A stretch of DNA of 64,000 nucleotides from Folioceros fuciformis (GCA_049999805.1 JBNGIO010006303.1:139775-203774), one strand, 5' to 3'. Shown: positions 11,311-23,881, counted from the first letter of the stretch. A program made the numbers and translations. The notes: a model not told the origin generated them from the letters alone.

Positions 11311-11967
11311 TGCAGATGTAATCGCCAAGGCTGCCACTCTTCTTCCCATTTCCCGCGAAGATCGGATCCTATCAGTGTTCAGAGCTCGCCAGCAAATTCA
11401 TGCTACAAGTCTACAGGAGTGGCGTTTACGATGGGTTTCCTCAACTAAGGCTTTTGCGTTTAAGAGGGTGGTGCTTGGTGGCCCTTCGGCCTCGTTGCTG
11501 CAACGCCTTGGTCTCCATGACCATAAGCTCTCATCATTTCTCACCCAGCTTCGGACTGGGCATATGGCTATTGGGGCTTACTTTTGGAGATTCAACATTG
11601 CAGAGGATCCATTTTGTCGGAAATGCTGGTCTTCAGAAGAAACTCGTCACCACATCCTTGGCCAGTGTATGGCCACTCGCAACACTTGGATCCAGATGTT
11701 TCAAGGCTCTTACTATGATATCCGGCAACTTCTTAGTGTTCCCAAACTCAGGGAAAAACTTCTCTTACTTCAAGGCGATTGGCGATTACTTAACTTGGGC
11801 TTATTGACATAGCTATCTAGATTTGCTATTTTGTTAGCTCTAATCCTCTTTCTTTTGCGCTTTCCCAAAGTGTCCATTCAACCAAAGTGTCCATTCAATC
11901 ATGTTTTGATTCACGGCATCATAGCCTTACGGCTGCATACGCATAATGATAAATAAATAAATAAATA
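11310..11967 (+). mobile_element. 3' end of a non-LTR retrotransposon (LINE): end of RNase H, zinc knuckle, 3' UTR and (TAAA)n tail
   Basis: ADVIAKAA, then QLRTGH...CRKCWSSEETRHHILGQC, stop at 11812, and (TAAA)4 at 11950-11965. Confidence 0.82.
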
Positions 11968-12813
11968 CGTAGATACATTTATCTATTTCTATGCAAAGTT
12001 GACAAAAGGAGACTCTAAACTAGCCAATAGTGATCCAAAGAAGAAAACAATACATGGTTGTTCAAGTAAACAAAATTTATTAAACCAAGACTTAACTTGA
12101 GCATACCAAGAGTTAAGACTAGTATCATTAATCAAGATCATAGAAGAATTAGAAGCAAGAATATGATAAGGGTGTCATCACTGGCTCCTAGAAGTTGAAC
12201 CTAAATTCTACAAGAATGAAGAAAAGAACATATACAAAAACCATGGTCAAGCTCTGTTAATATCATTCTCAACAAAACATCTTTGTCATCTGCACAATAT
12301 TCCTATGTGTTAGTTCAAACATATAAAGGCCCATTGCTTTAGTTAAGGGTAGTTCCAATAGCAATGCATCACCAAATAAGGTAATTTGTAGTAGTCTAAC
12401 CTAATGACATGTGATTTTTCAGAGCTACTTCTATAGATGATGGTGATTGGTCAAAATGGACGAACTCCACTTCTAAACTTCCCCACGATCTCCCCCACCC
12501 CAACCATGGCCTTCACCTTGTTGGTTGCCTCGTAATGGTGGAAACCTAATGATGAATAGCCCATGAGATTGTTAGCATGGTAGAAAGGAAAGCCCCGATT
12601 GAAGACAGTCCGGGTAATGGATTTAACAATCACTAAGCTTGAAGTACGAAATGTGACTTTGGCAATGTTTGGGACGCGAAGGTTTGTCTTTCAAGGATCT
12701 CTCAAAAAAGCGATTCCAATCAGAACTGTGAAAATGTAAATTACTAGTGTACTGTCCCAGCAGATGGGACTGCGGAGTAGCCGCATCGGCAGCGTCATCC
12801 ATGTTGTCATTAC

Positions 12814-12926
12814 GCTCGATTGGCTGCAAGTTGCCATGGAATCCTTCCAACAAATGTTTCTTTGACTTTGCTCGATTGGTTGCAAGTTGCCATGGAATCC
12901 TTCCAACAAATGTTTCTTTGACTTTG
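12814..12926. repeat. 56-bp tandem duplication, two near-identical copies
   Basis: gctcgattgg(c/t)tgcaagttgccatggaatccttccaacaaatgtttctttgacttt starts at 12814 and 12870. Confidence 0.95.
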
Positions 12927-13576
12927 GCAAAGCGGCGTCGCGCGCCCCATCAGTGTCGAACACAACAATGTGTGATTCTGGAGCAATTTCCGTGGATGGG
13001 CAGTGCATTTTGCACCGCTTACTTGAACAGGCCGCGTACAAGTTGAACTCCCCAGCGAAGTGGTCGCCGCCTCTGGGTCCCCCGGGTAGGTCTCGGCACC
13101 AGACTCATGGGGGACTGGCAGGGACGGAACAACGTGGTCCACTTGATGGGTTGGATGCAACAGTGGTAGTACAGGAGTTCCAGGGAAGGATGGATCCGGG
13201 GCAACCGTGGTGATGTTCACTTTCACTTTTGCCGCTGGTACTGACAGCCTGCGTGTGCTTACGGCGACTTCGTCCGGATTCAGGAGGGAAGCTTCACCAG
13301 AGGAACCACCGATTCTGCAAATTCAGTCACGGGGAGAGAGAGAAAAAGAGAAGCGTGTATCTTCTGTGCTAAGCTTGGGACAGGACGCGGCATCTAGCCA
13401 GCCTCAAGGAGCTACCGAGTCGATGGCTGGTGTAGGCTAGTTGCCGTGCACTGTTTCCCTTGTATGCAGGAGGCCAGGTGCGCAGGCGAAGTCGGCGCAC
13501 AAGGGTGTGAGCATCGGCACTAGCCGGAAGAAGGTCCTGCGACTCCACCTGGAATCCTCACGGCTGGCCGCTCACA

Positions 13577-16080
13577 ATGCAGATGCCTGAACCGTTTGGG
13601 AGGACGGACGATGTCTCGCAAAATGGCTGTTCAGGGACACCACATCCCTCGGTTGAGGCTGCACAAACAGAAGGTCCCTCAAGGGACCGTCCAGGGCCAT
13701 CATCTTTAGGCGATCCTGGACTAGGACATGAGTGGATCATTCACTTCAAAAAAGAAATGAAACGGTTCGAGCAGCAAGAGCTTGGTCGGGGCATGCGCAT
13801 CAAGTATCCGTACGTGGTGCCCAAGCACATGAAGGTGCTCAAAGAGTCGGCATACAGTCCTCAGGGCCATCTGCACCTGGGTTTGAACCTGAGGTGCAAT
13901 GCGACCAAGCAAGAGGACCAGCACATGACCCGACTCAAGGCCAACTGGGCAAACAACTACATTCGATGGAGGTTGCGGATAGGAGTTCTGACTGACAGCA
14001 GAGCTAGCAGCGACTCCGGATCCACCGCAGAAGCGCTGGCTGAGGGGTGGCACGATTTTGTGCAGGGGTTGGACATCGATGTAGATGCTGCCGTGGAGTG
14101 TTACGAGCTGGGCTTCCACTATGTCCCTGACCAGCACAAGGAGCTCTTCAAGGAGATGTTGGCAGTGGATGCCTTGTTCCTCGTCACTTACTTGCTCTAC
14201 CTCTCTGGGGATCTGCCCGTGCGTGGCTTTAGCTGGTTGGTGCACGACCCTCAATTCAAGGCAGCAAACAGCCACTCCTTTCTCCACGACCTTTTTCTGC
14301 TGGAGAATCAGATACCCCTCCGAGTCGTGGAGGTTGTTGTTCAAGACTTTTGCAAATGGAGGAGCTTGCGTGGTAGGTCCAGGGACGAGCTGGCCCGTCC
14401 CAACATAGAGTTCAAGGAGCCAGCGCAGATGTTGATGAAGAAGCTGGTGCTGGCGGCAGTGGATCGCAGGCTCAGAATGGTGTTTCCTACTACCACGCCC
14501 CAACTTGCCAGCCTCCAGGTTGTGTATGAGCGGAGGAGCCTGCAGGCTGACCTGAAGGCTGGCCATAATGGCCCGCAGCGTGGCCATGAGGAGGTACCGG
14601 TGGCAAAACCATTCCCTCAGTCGCCCTCAGGACCTGCTACAAGTACTAGTAGCACAGAACTGGTATGGGTGGTGGACATTGGGCTATGTGACCACTTGCT
14701 GGACTGCCTTCTAGAAGCCATTTGCACCCAACCCGAGTCTTGGAAGGGCGACAAAAACAAGGAGCAGGATGCGGAGGACATTGCAAAGATACTAGCGGCT
14801 GGAAACGGTACTCCAATTGCAAGCTGGGCCCAAAGTCAAGGTTGGGGGTTCTCGCAGCCAGGCAACTTTTCGTCCATCTACAGGGTGAAAAGCGAAGGGA
14901 GCCATGCATTTCACGATGTCTACAAGCTGAAAGCGGTTCAAGGGTGTAGTGACGCCGTCAAGCAGGAAATCCTCGAGTCAATGGTCTGTGACGGTGAAGG
15001 AAGTGGATATGTCGTCTCATATATATATAAGTGGATATGTTATCTCATCTTGAAGTATTTCGCAGAAGTGGCGGCTCTGCTAGAAGCGCTAGACAACTTG
15101 GTTGACTATGCGGTTAAAGGCACGGACCTGCTTCTTTTGAAAGTGACTGCTAATAACTCTGGCCCTATGTTGGAGGTTGTACTGGAGGGCCTGGCGGCTC
15201 GTGGCTACACAATACAAACCCAGAAATCAAGAAATCAACGAAAGAGAAAGACAACTCAGGATTGCGCGCCAGGGTTTGCAGATTCCACAGCGCAGGACAC
15301 CTCCGCATCTTAGCGCAGGGTTACAAGTACCGCTAATTCCACGATACGAGATGGTTACAAGGCAGAATCTCTGGAATGTGCATCCAGGTTGAAGAGAGTC
15401 AGTATCACCTTAGGTATACATATACATGCACATGCCATGTGTTACTTACTACATTATAGACAGCATGTTTCTACCCAACCCTCACATTTGCTTGTTTTTA
15501 GTCTCGTGTCGTCCTGCCTAATAATCATGCATTCGTTCTTGTTGAGGCACTAATCAGAGCTTCCAACTCCAACGTGGTGACCTACAACAGGTGTTTGCAA
15601 CGCAATGAAGCAAATCCATGTGCAAAACAACTCAGTATTGATGTTGCCCCGACTGACCATCGATGACAGTATACCGACGCGCTCTTCCGAAACCTGGCGG
15701 TCTGGGAGCGCATCAAGACGGTAGGTGGGATCACACCATTCGCCTGCTTCATCAAGCTGCTGGACAACCTGATCGACACGGAGGACGACGTAGCGGTGAT
15801 GAGGGCAGCGGGGGTGCTTGTTCACCACCTGGGTAGCGATGCCGCCGTGGCCACCATGGTGAATGACCTGGTGGTGGGCTTGTGATCTTACACTTCCGAA
15901 GCGTGGGCAAACATGCTTCACCAGCTCAATGTCCGCACCAAGGACACGACCAAACAGTACTGGGCGGAATTCAAGGACAACTATTTTTCTAGGCCTTGGC
16001 ATACCACTGCCACTCTAGCTGCCACTCTCCTCTTGCTTCTCACTTTGGGACAAACTATTTTCGCAGCAATGCAAGTGTAG
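13577..16080 (+). pseudogene. DUF247 (UPF0481-type) plant protein gene; 5' part open, 3' part disrupted
   Basis: 5' ORF: YSPQ..HLG, EMLAVDALFL, DLFLLENQIP, HLLDCL. 3' part (~15557-16080): LPRLTIDD, LFRNLAVWE, LDNLIDTEDDV..MRAAGVL, GSDAAVA, YFSRPW and a terminal TM helix, with a frameshift near 15668 and TGA at 15883-15885. Confidence 0.85.
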
Positions 16081-16262
16081 CCACATTGTTGTAATGGAAG
16101 AGTGGCTGCCACTCTCCTCTTGCTTCACACTTTGGGACAGACTATTTTCGCAGCAATGCAAGTGTAGCAACTTGATGCAAGTGTAGCCACGTTGCTGTAA
16201 TGCTTCTCACTTTGGGACAGATTATTTTCACAGCAATGCAAGTGTAGCAAAGTGTAGCCACG
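16018..16262 (+). repeat. Three tandem copies of the DUF247 3' coding end including the stop codon
   Basis: tgcttctcactttgggaca.a.tattttc.cagcaatgcaagtgtagc recurs at about 16034, 16121 and 16201. Confidence 0.9.
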
Positions 16263-16310
16263 TTGCTATAATAGAGTGCAAATCCTAAAGTTAACAAAAA
16301 GCATAATTAG

Positions 16311-18046
16311 TGTAGGATAGTTGGATGATATTGGCTACCACTCCTGGTTTGGGGATTATTCTAATGATAACTAGTGCTGATAATGATTAAAGGGTTTGTG
16401 TTGTTAAGATAACATATGTAGAGTTTGTGCTGTTAAGATAAGATATGTAGAGTTATATTTAGAATATTTAAGTGACGTTACATATGAGTTGTAAGTTTTT
16501 AGTTTAAGTTGTATTTTGTGTTTTATAAACCAAGTCTCTTTTATTGAACCAATGATGCAAATCTTAATGTTTTAATGTAATTCCTTTGCATTTACCTCCA
16601 TAATTTGTCATGGTATCAAAGCCATGTTTGTTGTTGGATGAATGCACAACAAAATTATGCATAAGAAAATGTGTGCAATTTTATATTCGTTTGTTTTCTT
16701 GTTTTGAAATTAATTGAATTTCAAGAAAAATAATCTTTAAAAGAATGTTTTCATTCTTGATTAATTTGATAAATGCAAATAGATTCTACATAATCAGGTA
16801 AATAATCTAATGCACTTCCATTTGAATTGATAGTTAGATTAATTCAATGGAGGCCCACTAGAGTAGCTGCATGGCTAGCAGAATTATATGTCAAATATCA
16901 AATAAAGAAAACAAACAATGCAGAGTTTCCGTATTTTAAAATTCAAGAATTTTGCTGGTAGCCATGGCCAGTAATTATGGCCACCAGCATAGGGATCAAT
17001 GTCCTATAGAAAGGATCCCTATTTATAATAAAGCTAGAATTTCTGATGGATTGTCAATCGCATCCCAACTCCATCAAAGAATTTTGCAGTGAAGCCAAAT
17101 AAATCAGTCACAATTATTTTTAATTACTGATCTGCAAATAGCTTTCAATGTTTTAATTGCAGCACTTTACCCAATAAAGTCGAATTTGTTGTTTGCTCTT
17201 CCTTCACAAGAATTATTAAATTCATCAAGAGGATGTGTACAGAAAGGCATGTAGGACATAATTTTTATGATCCTTCTTTTGCTGAGCCCGTCACACAAAT
17301 AGATGTCAATACAAAAATTCAACGCTTTGAGACAAGCAATAAGATTTTAGACAGACGTTGCAATCAAATACGATGACATTTATCTACAACCAGCGTGGAC
17401 TTACAGTGCCTAAAGGAACAAATCTCTTACTTGGACTACAAGCTTGTCATGCTATTGAAATCCAAGCAAATTAATGATTTAGCCTTCAGAAATATAGCCT
17501 GTAAGTGCGCATGGAAGGCAGAACGTGTACGAAGGTTTGCCTTACCCAATCTATGTTCCTTGTGCTCCACAAATATTTATAATAAAATCGATATGAGAAA
17601 CTCCAAGCCTGCAACTGGAAGAGGTGTGTGGGGGCGGTTTCTCCAACACCAAAAATATGCACTGTGAGTAGAAGTGTATGGCCGAATCAGATAGTGATCA
17701 GGAAATAAATTTTGATATAAACAGAGCAGAGCCTATATTTACATCATCCAGATCCAATATGGGTGATACAGTGTCGTCATCATCTATCCTTAGCACAGAA
17801 ACTTTTAATGACAAGGATAGATTTAATGGTACTGACTTTGATATCTGGCTTATCCGGATGGAAGGGGTCCTAGAAATAAGAGGACTCCTGAAATATGCAA
17901 CTGGAAATATAGCTTTTCCTGGCGTGGGGACTGCAGCCGAAGTAAATTGGTTAGCTAAAGACAGCGCAGCCAAATACCTCATTTGTAGTGGCCTAACATC
18001 TGAAATGTTGAGGCAGACTACAAGGGTGAAGACTTCAGCTGAGATC
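16311..18046 (+). mobile_element. 5' fragment of an AT-rich copia element: LTR (start uncertain, ends TGTCA at 16610), PBS, ~1-kb leader and gag start at 17678
   Basis: tRNA-iMet PBS TGGTATCAAAGC at 16611-16622. gag motif DRFNGTDFDIWLIRMEGVLEIRGL. Truncated where it meets the opposite-strand element. Confidence 0.8.
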
Positions 18047-21000
18047 TTACGCCCTGAAGTGAAGAGACGTCTGTATATGTGTAAGATTGATTTGAACCTG
18101 CCTTGCATATTGTTGCTCCTTAGCACCTGGCGTTTCCACAAACTGAATGCCAAACTCACTGTCAATGCTCTCACTACTTGAGGATTCATATCCCTCATTT
18201 CCAGTTTTGCTGCTTTCTACTCTCCCCCTTACTGACATATCTGGGTCAGTGGTCTTCGGTTTACCATTCCGCAGTCTTCCAGACCATGGATTCACCGTTG
18301 GTGATCCACCATTGGTCACATCCTCACTCTTTGCTGGAATACTCTTAATAGTACTCTCCGCTGTGGGTTCGTCATAGGGTAGTGCAACTGAGGTGCTATA
18401 CCAGGAGGCTAACTCATCAAATACCACATCCCTGCTTATCAGGATCTCATGTGTGGATGGCACATAACACTTATATGCCTTCCTATTTCGTGCATACCCC
18501 AGAAAAACACTCTTCACTGCTTTAGGATCCAGCTTCCTACGCTTCTCATCAGGTACATGCACACATGCAATGCACCCAAACACCTTCAAGTGCCTAATAT
18601 CCGGCTTATAGCCATATAGTCTCTCAATTGGTGTACCATCATGAATTCCTGCCGTAGGAGTTCGATTCAGTACATACACTACTGTCATCACTGCTTCTGC
18701 CCAATAATCATTAGGTAAGCGCTTCTCATTCAGCATTGCCCTTGCTGTTTCCATGACTACCCTGTTCTTCCTCTCTACAACACCATTCTGTTGTGGTGTG
18801 TATCTGCAAGTCAACTGTCTTCGTATACCATGATCTGCAAGATACCTGTCAAACTCATTTGAGACATATTCTCCCCCTCCATCTGATCTTAAACAAGAGA
18901 TGGAGCAGCTGAACTCATTTTCAACATGCTTTTTGAAGTCCTTGAAAGACTCGAACACTTCATCTTTATGCTTCAGTATGTACAGCCACGTGTACCTGTT
19001 GAAATCATCAATGAAGGAGACATAGTAGTGGGTTCCTCCAAACGATGCATTTTGTGAAGGACCCCATACATCAGAGTGTATCAATTGCAAAGGTCTCGAG
19101 TTGTTTTGCACGTGTCGCACAAATGGAAACCTTGACTGTTTTCCAAATTGACATGCAGAACACACATGACCAAGATCAGCATACTTGAACTTGGGCAATC
19201 CTTCCACCACGATTTTCTGTTGCATAGATTTCAGCTTCTCTATGTTCACATGCCCAATCCTCTTATGCCATATTTCAACATCACGTATGGCACCTGCATC
19301 ATTTGCAAACATTGCTGCATTGAGCTCTGGAATGGATGCATCCAGAGTGAACATCTGTCCATTCCTACTACCTTTAGCAATCAATTTGCGCCCTCTGTTA
19401 TATTCTTGAATAAAGCATCCATCTTTATAGAATCGAACCTGCAGATTTTGTTCAGCCATCTGCCCAACAGACAACAGGTTCTTCGTAATGGTTAGAACAT
19501 GCAACACATCTTGCAGACTCTTTTGCTGACCATTCGGCATCCTAAGAGGAACAATTCCTCTGTGCTTTATGTCATGTTGTGTGTCATCTCCTGTACACAC
19601 ATGACCATGGGGACCTGCATCCATCTTGTTAAACCACTCGGCATGCGGAGTCATGTGGTTTGATGCTCCTGAATCAATGTACCATCTCTCATCATTCTGC
19701 CCATCCTGTTCAGAGAGATGTTGCATGGCAAACAACCTATCCTAGTCATTTCCAGCATTACTAGAGGAGGCATAGTTCCCATGCTGCCTTCCTTTTCCTC
19801 TCATGTCTACTTGCTGCTTATAGCAGTCCTTAGCAATATGACCAACCTTACCACTGTAGTAACACTCCTTGTCTCTATTGGAATGGTCATGAGATTGAAA
19901 AGAACCATCAGTTCCTCTTGTGGCTCTACCTACGCCTCTAAAACTTCGAGATTCTCTCTGGCCTTGCGCATTTCCTCCACGCCAATTGTCTTGCTGATTC
20001 TGCATGTTCCGAGCATCACCCCGTCCTCGGAATGAACCACAACCTCTGTGGCCTCTCCCGTGCTGGTTAGAAAAAAAAACAGTGTCTCTCCCTTGAGATA
20101 TACCTGAACTTATGTTCAGACCAAGCTTAACTTCCTCATGCAGCAACAAAGCAACCAATTCATCCAAACTTGGGAACTCAACTCTCACATAGATTGATGT
20201 GTCAAAGGACTTGTACTCCTTGCCAAGTGCGTTCAAAGTAACTGCAACCATGTCATCTTCCGTCACACTTGCATCGATTGTAGCAAGCAAATCAGCTATG
20301 GTCTTCACCTCTGTTGTATACACGAGTATGGATCTGCTACCTCGTGACAAGTTGTTGAACTGCTGCTTCAACTGGATTTTCCTAGCATGTGTGACATTTC
20401 CATAGTTCCTCATGAGTATGTCCCATGCATCCTTCGGAGACTCACATCCCGTGATCTATATGACCATAGTATCTGAAATGCTTAAGGAGAGCCAGTGTAA
20501 CACTTTACATGCCCTCTCAGTCCAATGCTTGTGAGCAGTCTTTCGCTCCTGTGATGGAGTACGATCCATCTCTGGTTCACTCTCATCACCTGTGCAGAGG
20601 TCCCAATAGCCTCTACCTACCAAGAAGTTCTTCATCCTGAACTTCCACAAAGCAAAATTCTTGTTATCCAACTTCTCTCCCACGACCTGAGAGATATTGT
20701 CTGATCCCTGCACATTAGCCATGATTCAGGCTCCTTTACGCTCCTCCTAAGTCTCTCTCCCTCTTGCGTGCTCTTGCGCCTGTAGTGCCTGTTGCGGCTT
20801 CCTACGCCGTTGCGCCTCTTGCGCCTCTCAATGGCTTGCGTTACTAGCCACCTTTACGCTCACGGCCATAGCCTCAAACCCCCGCCATAGCCACCGGTGG
20901 CACCGGCACTCTCTCTCTGGCTCTGATACCATGTTGAAATAGCACCACAGGCTTAGAAGGACTCCATTGTTCCTTACTTATGGTGCACAAGATGCTACAT

Positions 21001-21192
21001 ATATAGCCTTCAGGCGGGGCAACCCTCAATAAGATAAGCCTTAGTCTCAAGGGTGCAATATCCTAGTATATCCTGATATATACTGATAACACTTAGGTGA
21101 TAGATAACTACGAGTTCAATATGGGATAATCTACTCTATCCTAAGTGTTGTATGCTCTTAATAACAATTCAGTGAGAGCTTGATTTCTAACA
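18047..21192 (-). mobile_element. Ty1/copia element, 5' half: LTR 20932-21192, PBS, gag, protease, integrase; RT/RNase H absent
   Basis: 261-bp TG..CA LTR and a perfect PBS TGGTATCAGAGC (20920-20931, minus). gag at 20722-19742 (KLDNKNFALWKFRM). WYIDSGASNH, WHKRIGH, LIHSDVWGP, LRSDGGGEY, PQQNGVVERKNR in ORF 18047-19735. Confidence 0.95.
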
Positions 21193-22764
21193 ACTTTGTG
21201 AGAACTTGTGTTATTTAACACAAATCATTCCCTTGGGATTGAATCCCAATGCTATAACAACAAAGAGGGTTTGTGTGGACCTCGCAACACCCCCGGGTGC
21301 GATATTTTTCCCCCACACCTAGCAATGGCCGTTGCTGGACAGGAGGTCCAGGCAAGCGAGCGCATGTAGTGTTCTGAGGGTGTGGGTGTAGGTGGTGGAT
21401 GCTCTGTGACCGGGCTCCAGGGACAAATCGGGAGGAGAGACCTCGCTGAGTGTGAGACGAGCTCCCCAACTATCCTCGGGACGATCGCGTGGAGTGGTGA
21501 GAGTGTCGGAGGCCAAATCCGCGAGTTCGGAGTGGAAGTGGAAACCCCTTCCCTTAGCCTTCGGTGATCCATTATTCCTCCAAACTTCAGAGAGAAGAAG
21601 AGGCCCTGGAGGGGCGAGTCGGAGAGAGGTGTCGAAAGTCGCGAGTGGACTAAGAAATGAGAGTGTGTGAGTAAGAGTGCCGATGGTTGTGTGAAGTGAG
21701 GAGTGGTTTTGAGTGACTGCTGTTGTGAGAACTGTGAGTGGGCGCGAGTCGCGAGTGTCGCGACGGGGAATGGAGCGACTATATAACTGGAGGTCTTGTG
21801 TGACTGATGTGTGAGTGGCGGTTGATCGAGAGTTTGAAACTGGAGAGGCAAGTGTGACGCGTTGCAGAGCGATGACCGTGGCTGGTGAGTGAACGGCTGG
21901 AGTGTGAGAGGGGAGTGAGCCAGGGAGGGTTATGTATCGAGGAGGTAGGTCCGTGAATCGAAAAGAGGTCTGTACGCACGTGTGATGGAAGCGCGGTGGA
22001 GTGTGAGTGAGCCGAGACAGTGCTGTCAGGTTTTTTGGAGCTGTGTGTGTGTGTGTGTGTGTGTGTGGGTGCGCCGTCGTGCGCAGCAAAGTGTAAGGGC
22101 TCCTGAGGAAAACGGGAAGAGCCAGTGGCGAACGTGGGCAACGTGTGGGTACATATGGATGTGTAAACTGAGAGCTTATGAGCTTCGAGTTAGGGTAGTG
22201 AGTAGCGGTGAGTAGATGGAAGGGTGTGAACCGTGAGGGAAGAGTGGTCACAAGTGAGAGAGAGGACCGTCAGGAGGCATAAGCCGACCGTCAGGAGGCA
22301 TAAGCCAGAAAAGTAAGCCGTGGAGTAAGATAAAGAGAGGGAGTGAAGAGAGAGAGTAGAGAGAGTAAGGTAGAGAGAGAGAGAGGGTGGACCCCACTTG
22401 GGTAGCCGGTTGGGTGACCGTTGTGGAGAGACAACAGGAGTATCCGAGCGTAGTGGTAGCCGTAGGGGCGACGAAGTAGCTGAGAGCCGGTAGTTGGAGT
22501 GACACCCCTCGCGGTCGCCGAGTAGGTCCATCATGTAGTCCAGGGTTAAGGTAGTTGAGGAGACGACGGTGGTAGCCGAGTCGCGATGGGGTCGAGGGAG
22601 TTGAATAGGAGGTAGGTGAGCGGTAGATGAGTGAGACTGACCTTGGGTAGTAACTGACTTTGTGAGAAAACCTGTGTTATTTAACACAACACATTCCCTT
22701 GGGATCGAATCCCAGTGCTATAACAATAAAGAGGGTTTGTGTGGACCTCTTAGCACCTTCGGGT
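21193..22764. repeat. About 1.46-kb G/A-rich unit bounded by ~107-bp direct repeats (21193-21298 and 22657-22764); contains (GT)n at ~22043-22066
   Basis: actttgtgagaa...ttatttaacacaa...cattcccttgggat.gaatccca.tgctataacaa.aaagagggtttgtgtggacctc occurs twice; the second copy runs into an N-gap. Confidence 0.85.
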
Positions 22765-23164
22765 NNNNNNNNNNNNNNNNNNNNNNNNNNNNNNNNNNNN
22801 NNNNNNNNNNNNNNNNNNNNNNNNNNNNNNNNNNNNNNNNNNNNNNNNNNNNNNNNNNNNNNNNNNNNNNNNNNNNNNNNNNNNNNNNNNNNNNNNNNNN
22901 NNNNNNNNNNNNNNNNNNNNNNNNNNNNNNNNNNNNNNNNNNNNNNNNNNNNNNNNNNNNNNNNNNNNNNNNNNNNNNNNNNNNNNNNNNNNNNNNNNNN
23001 NNNNNNNNNNNNNNNNNNNNNNNNNNNNNNNNNNNNNNNNNNNNNNNNNNNNNNNNNNNNNNNNNNNNNNNNNNNNNNNNNNNNNNNNNNNNNNNNNNNN
23101 NNNNNNNNNNNNNNNNNNNNNNNNNNNNNNNNNNNNNNNNNNNNNNNNNNNNNNNNNNNNNNNN
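22765..23164. other. Assembly gap of 400 N; other gaps at 24091-24190, 26901-27000, 40787-41186, 41618-41717, 45426-45525, 45724-45733 and 61772-61871
   Basis: Runs of N with round lengths (10, 100, 400), i.e. placeholder sizes. Confidence 1.
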
Positions 23165-23399
23165 CATATATAGTCCCCCTAGTATCCCCCTGAACACCAA
23201 AGGCCAAGGACACTCCTGCTCATACCAACGCTCGATCCTATGCTCAGCCCAATCAAAACACCAAGGTCCAAGGAGACTTTGGGTATAAATACGTAAGTCT
23301 TACTCTCAAGCTAAGCCATTCCACTCACACTTTCATATAAAAAAACAAAACTCACGTATTCTGTCTCTCAAAATGGGGATTCCGAATATTTTTTTCCTC

Positions 23400-23670
23400 T
23401 ACACCCGCCCTCCTAGCGTCCTTGTCTTAGCTCCTCTACCTCGTTGTCCCAGTGTTCATATCTTAGCTCATCTAGCCTGCCATCCCAGCATTCGTATGTT
23501 TGCTCCTATACCGCAACATCTCATTCAGACTCCCCAAGTCCTAGCGTCCCATTAGGCCTTCACTAGTCCTCGCATCTCGGTTGGACTCTCCCTATCCTAG
23601 CATCCCAATCGGGCTCCTCTTGTTCCGGTGTCTATTCAAACTTCCCCATTCATGGTGTCCCGATCTTAGC
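23400..23670. repeat. Highly degenerate pyrimidine-rich repeat, possibly related to the 9540-11310 array
   Basis: Recurring cctagcgtcc / gtcccaat / tcttagctc motifs. Confidence 0.45.
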
Positions 23671-23881
23671 TTTAAGTTTGGATGAAAACCATACTTCTAA
23701 AATTAAAAAAGAAATAAAAAATCTTGTTTTCGAGTCTACTCTCTTTAAAACCGTACTAAATGAAACTTTAAACTGTAGTAAATGAAACTTGAAGAATCTA
23801 TCTTTTATGCTTTAAGCGCTACTAAAATTTCCATACTAAAAGGACAAGAACAGGATTCAACAAACCCTAACTTATTATTTT

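Noticed and set aside
12600-13316. Possible minus-strand exon(s) with a polypyrimidine-AG acceptor near 13316 and a GTAAGC donor at 13022
   Set aside because: No recognisable protein similarity, the implied intron is only 45 bp, and a 56-bp duplication breaks the frame. Needs RNA data.
13721-14587. 288-aa antisense ORF over DUF247, and similar antisense ORFs over GC-rich genes
   Set aside because: Shadow ORFs caused by GC-rich codon usage on the coding strand.
21252-22687. Thr/His/Ser/Leu-rich minus-strand ORFs of 165-310 aa
   Set aside because: Explained by strand-skewed low-complexity DNA and microsatellites; no domain motifs.
22662-23288. ORFs containing long X runs here and at the other gaps
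   Set aside because: Artefacts of translating N-gaps.
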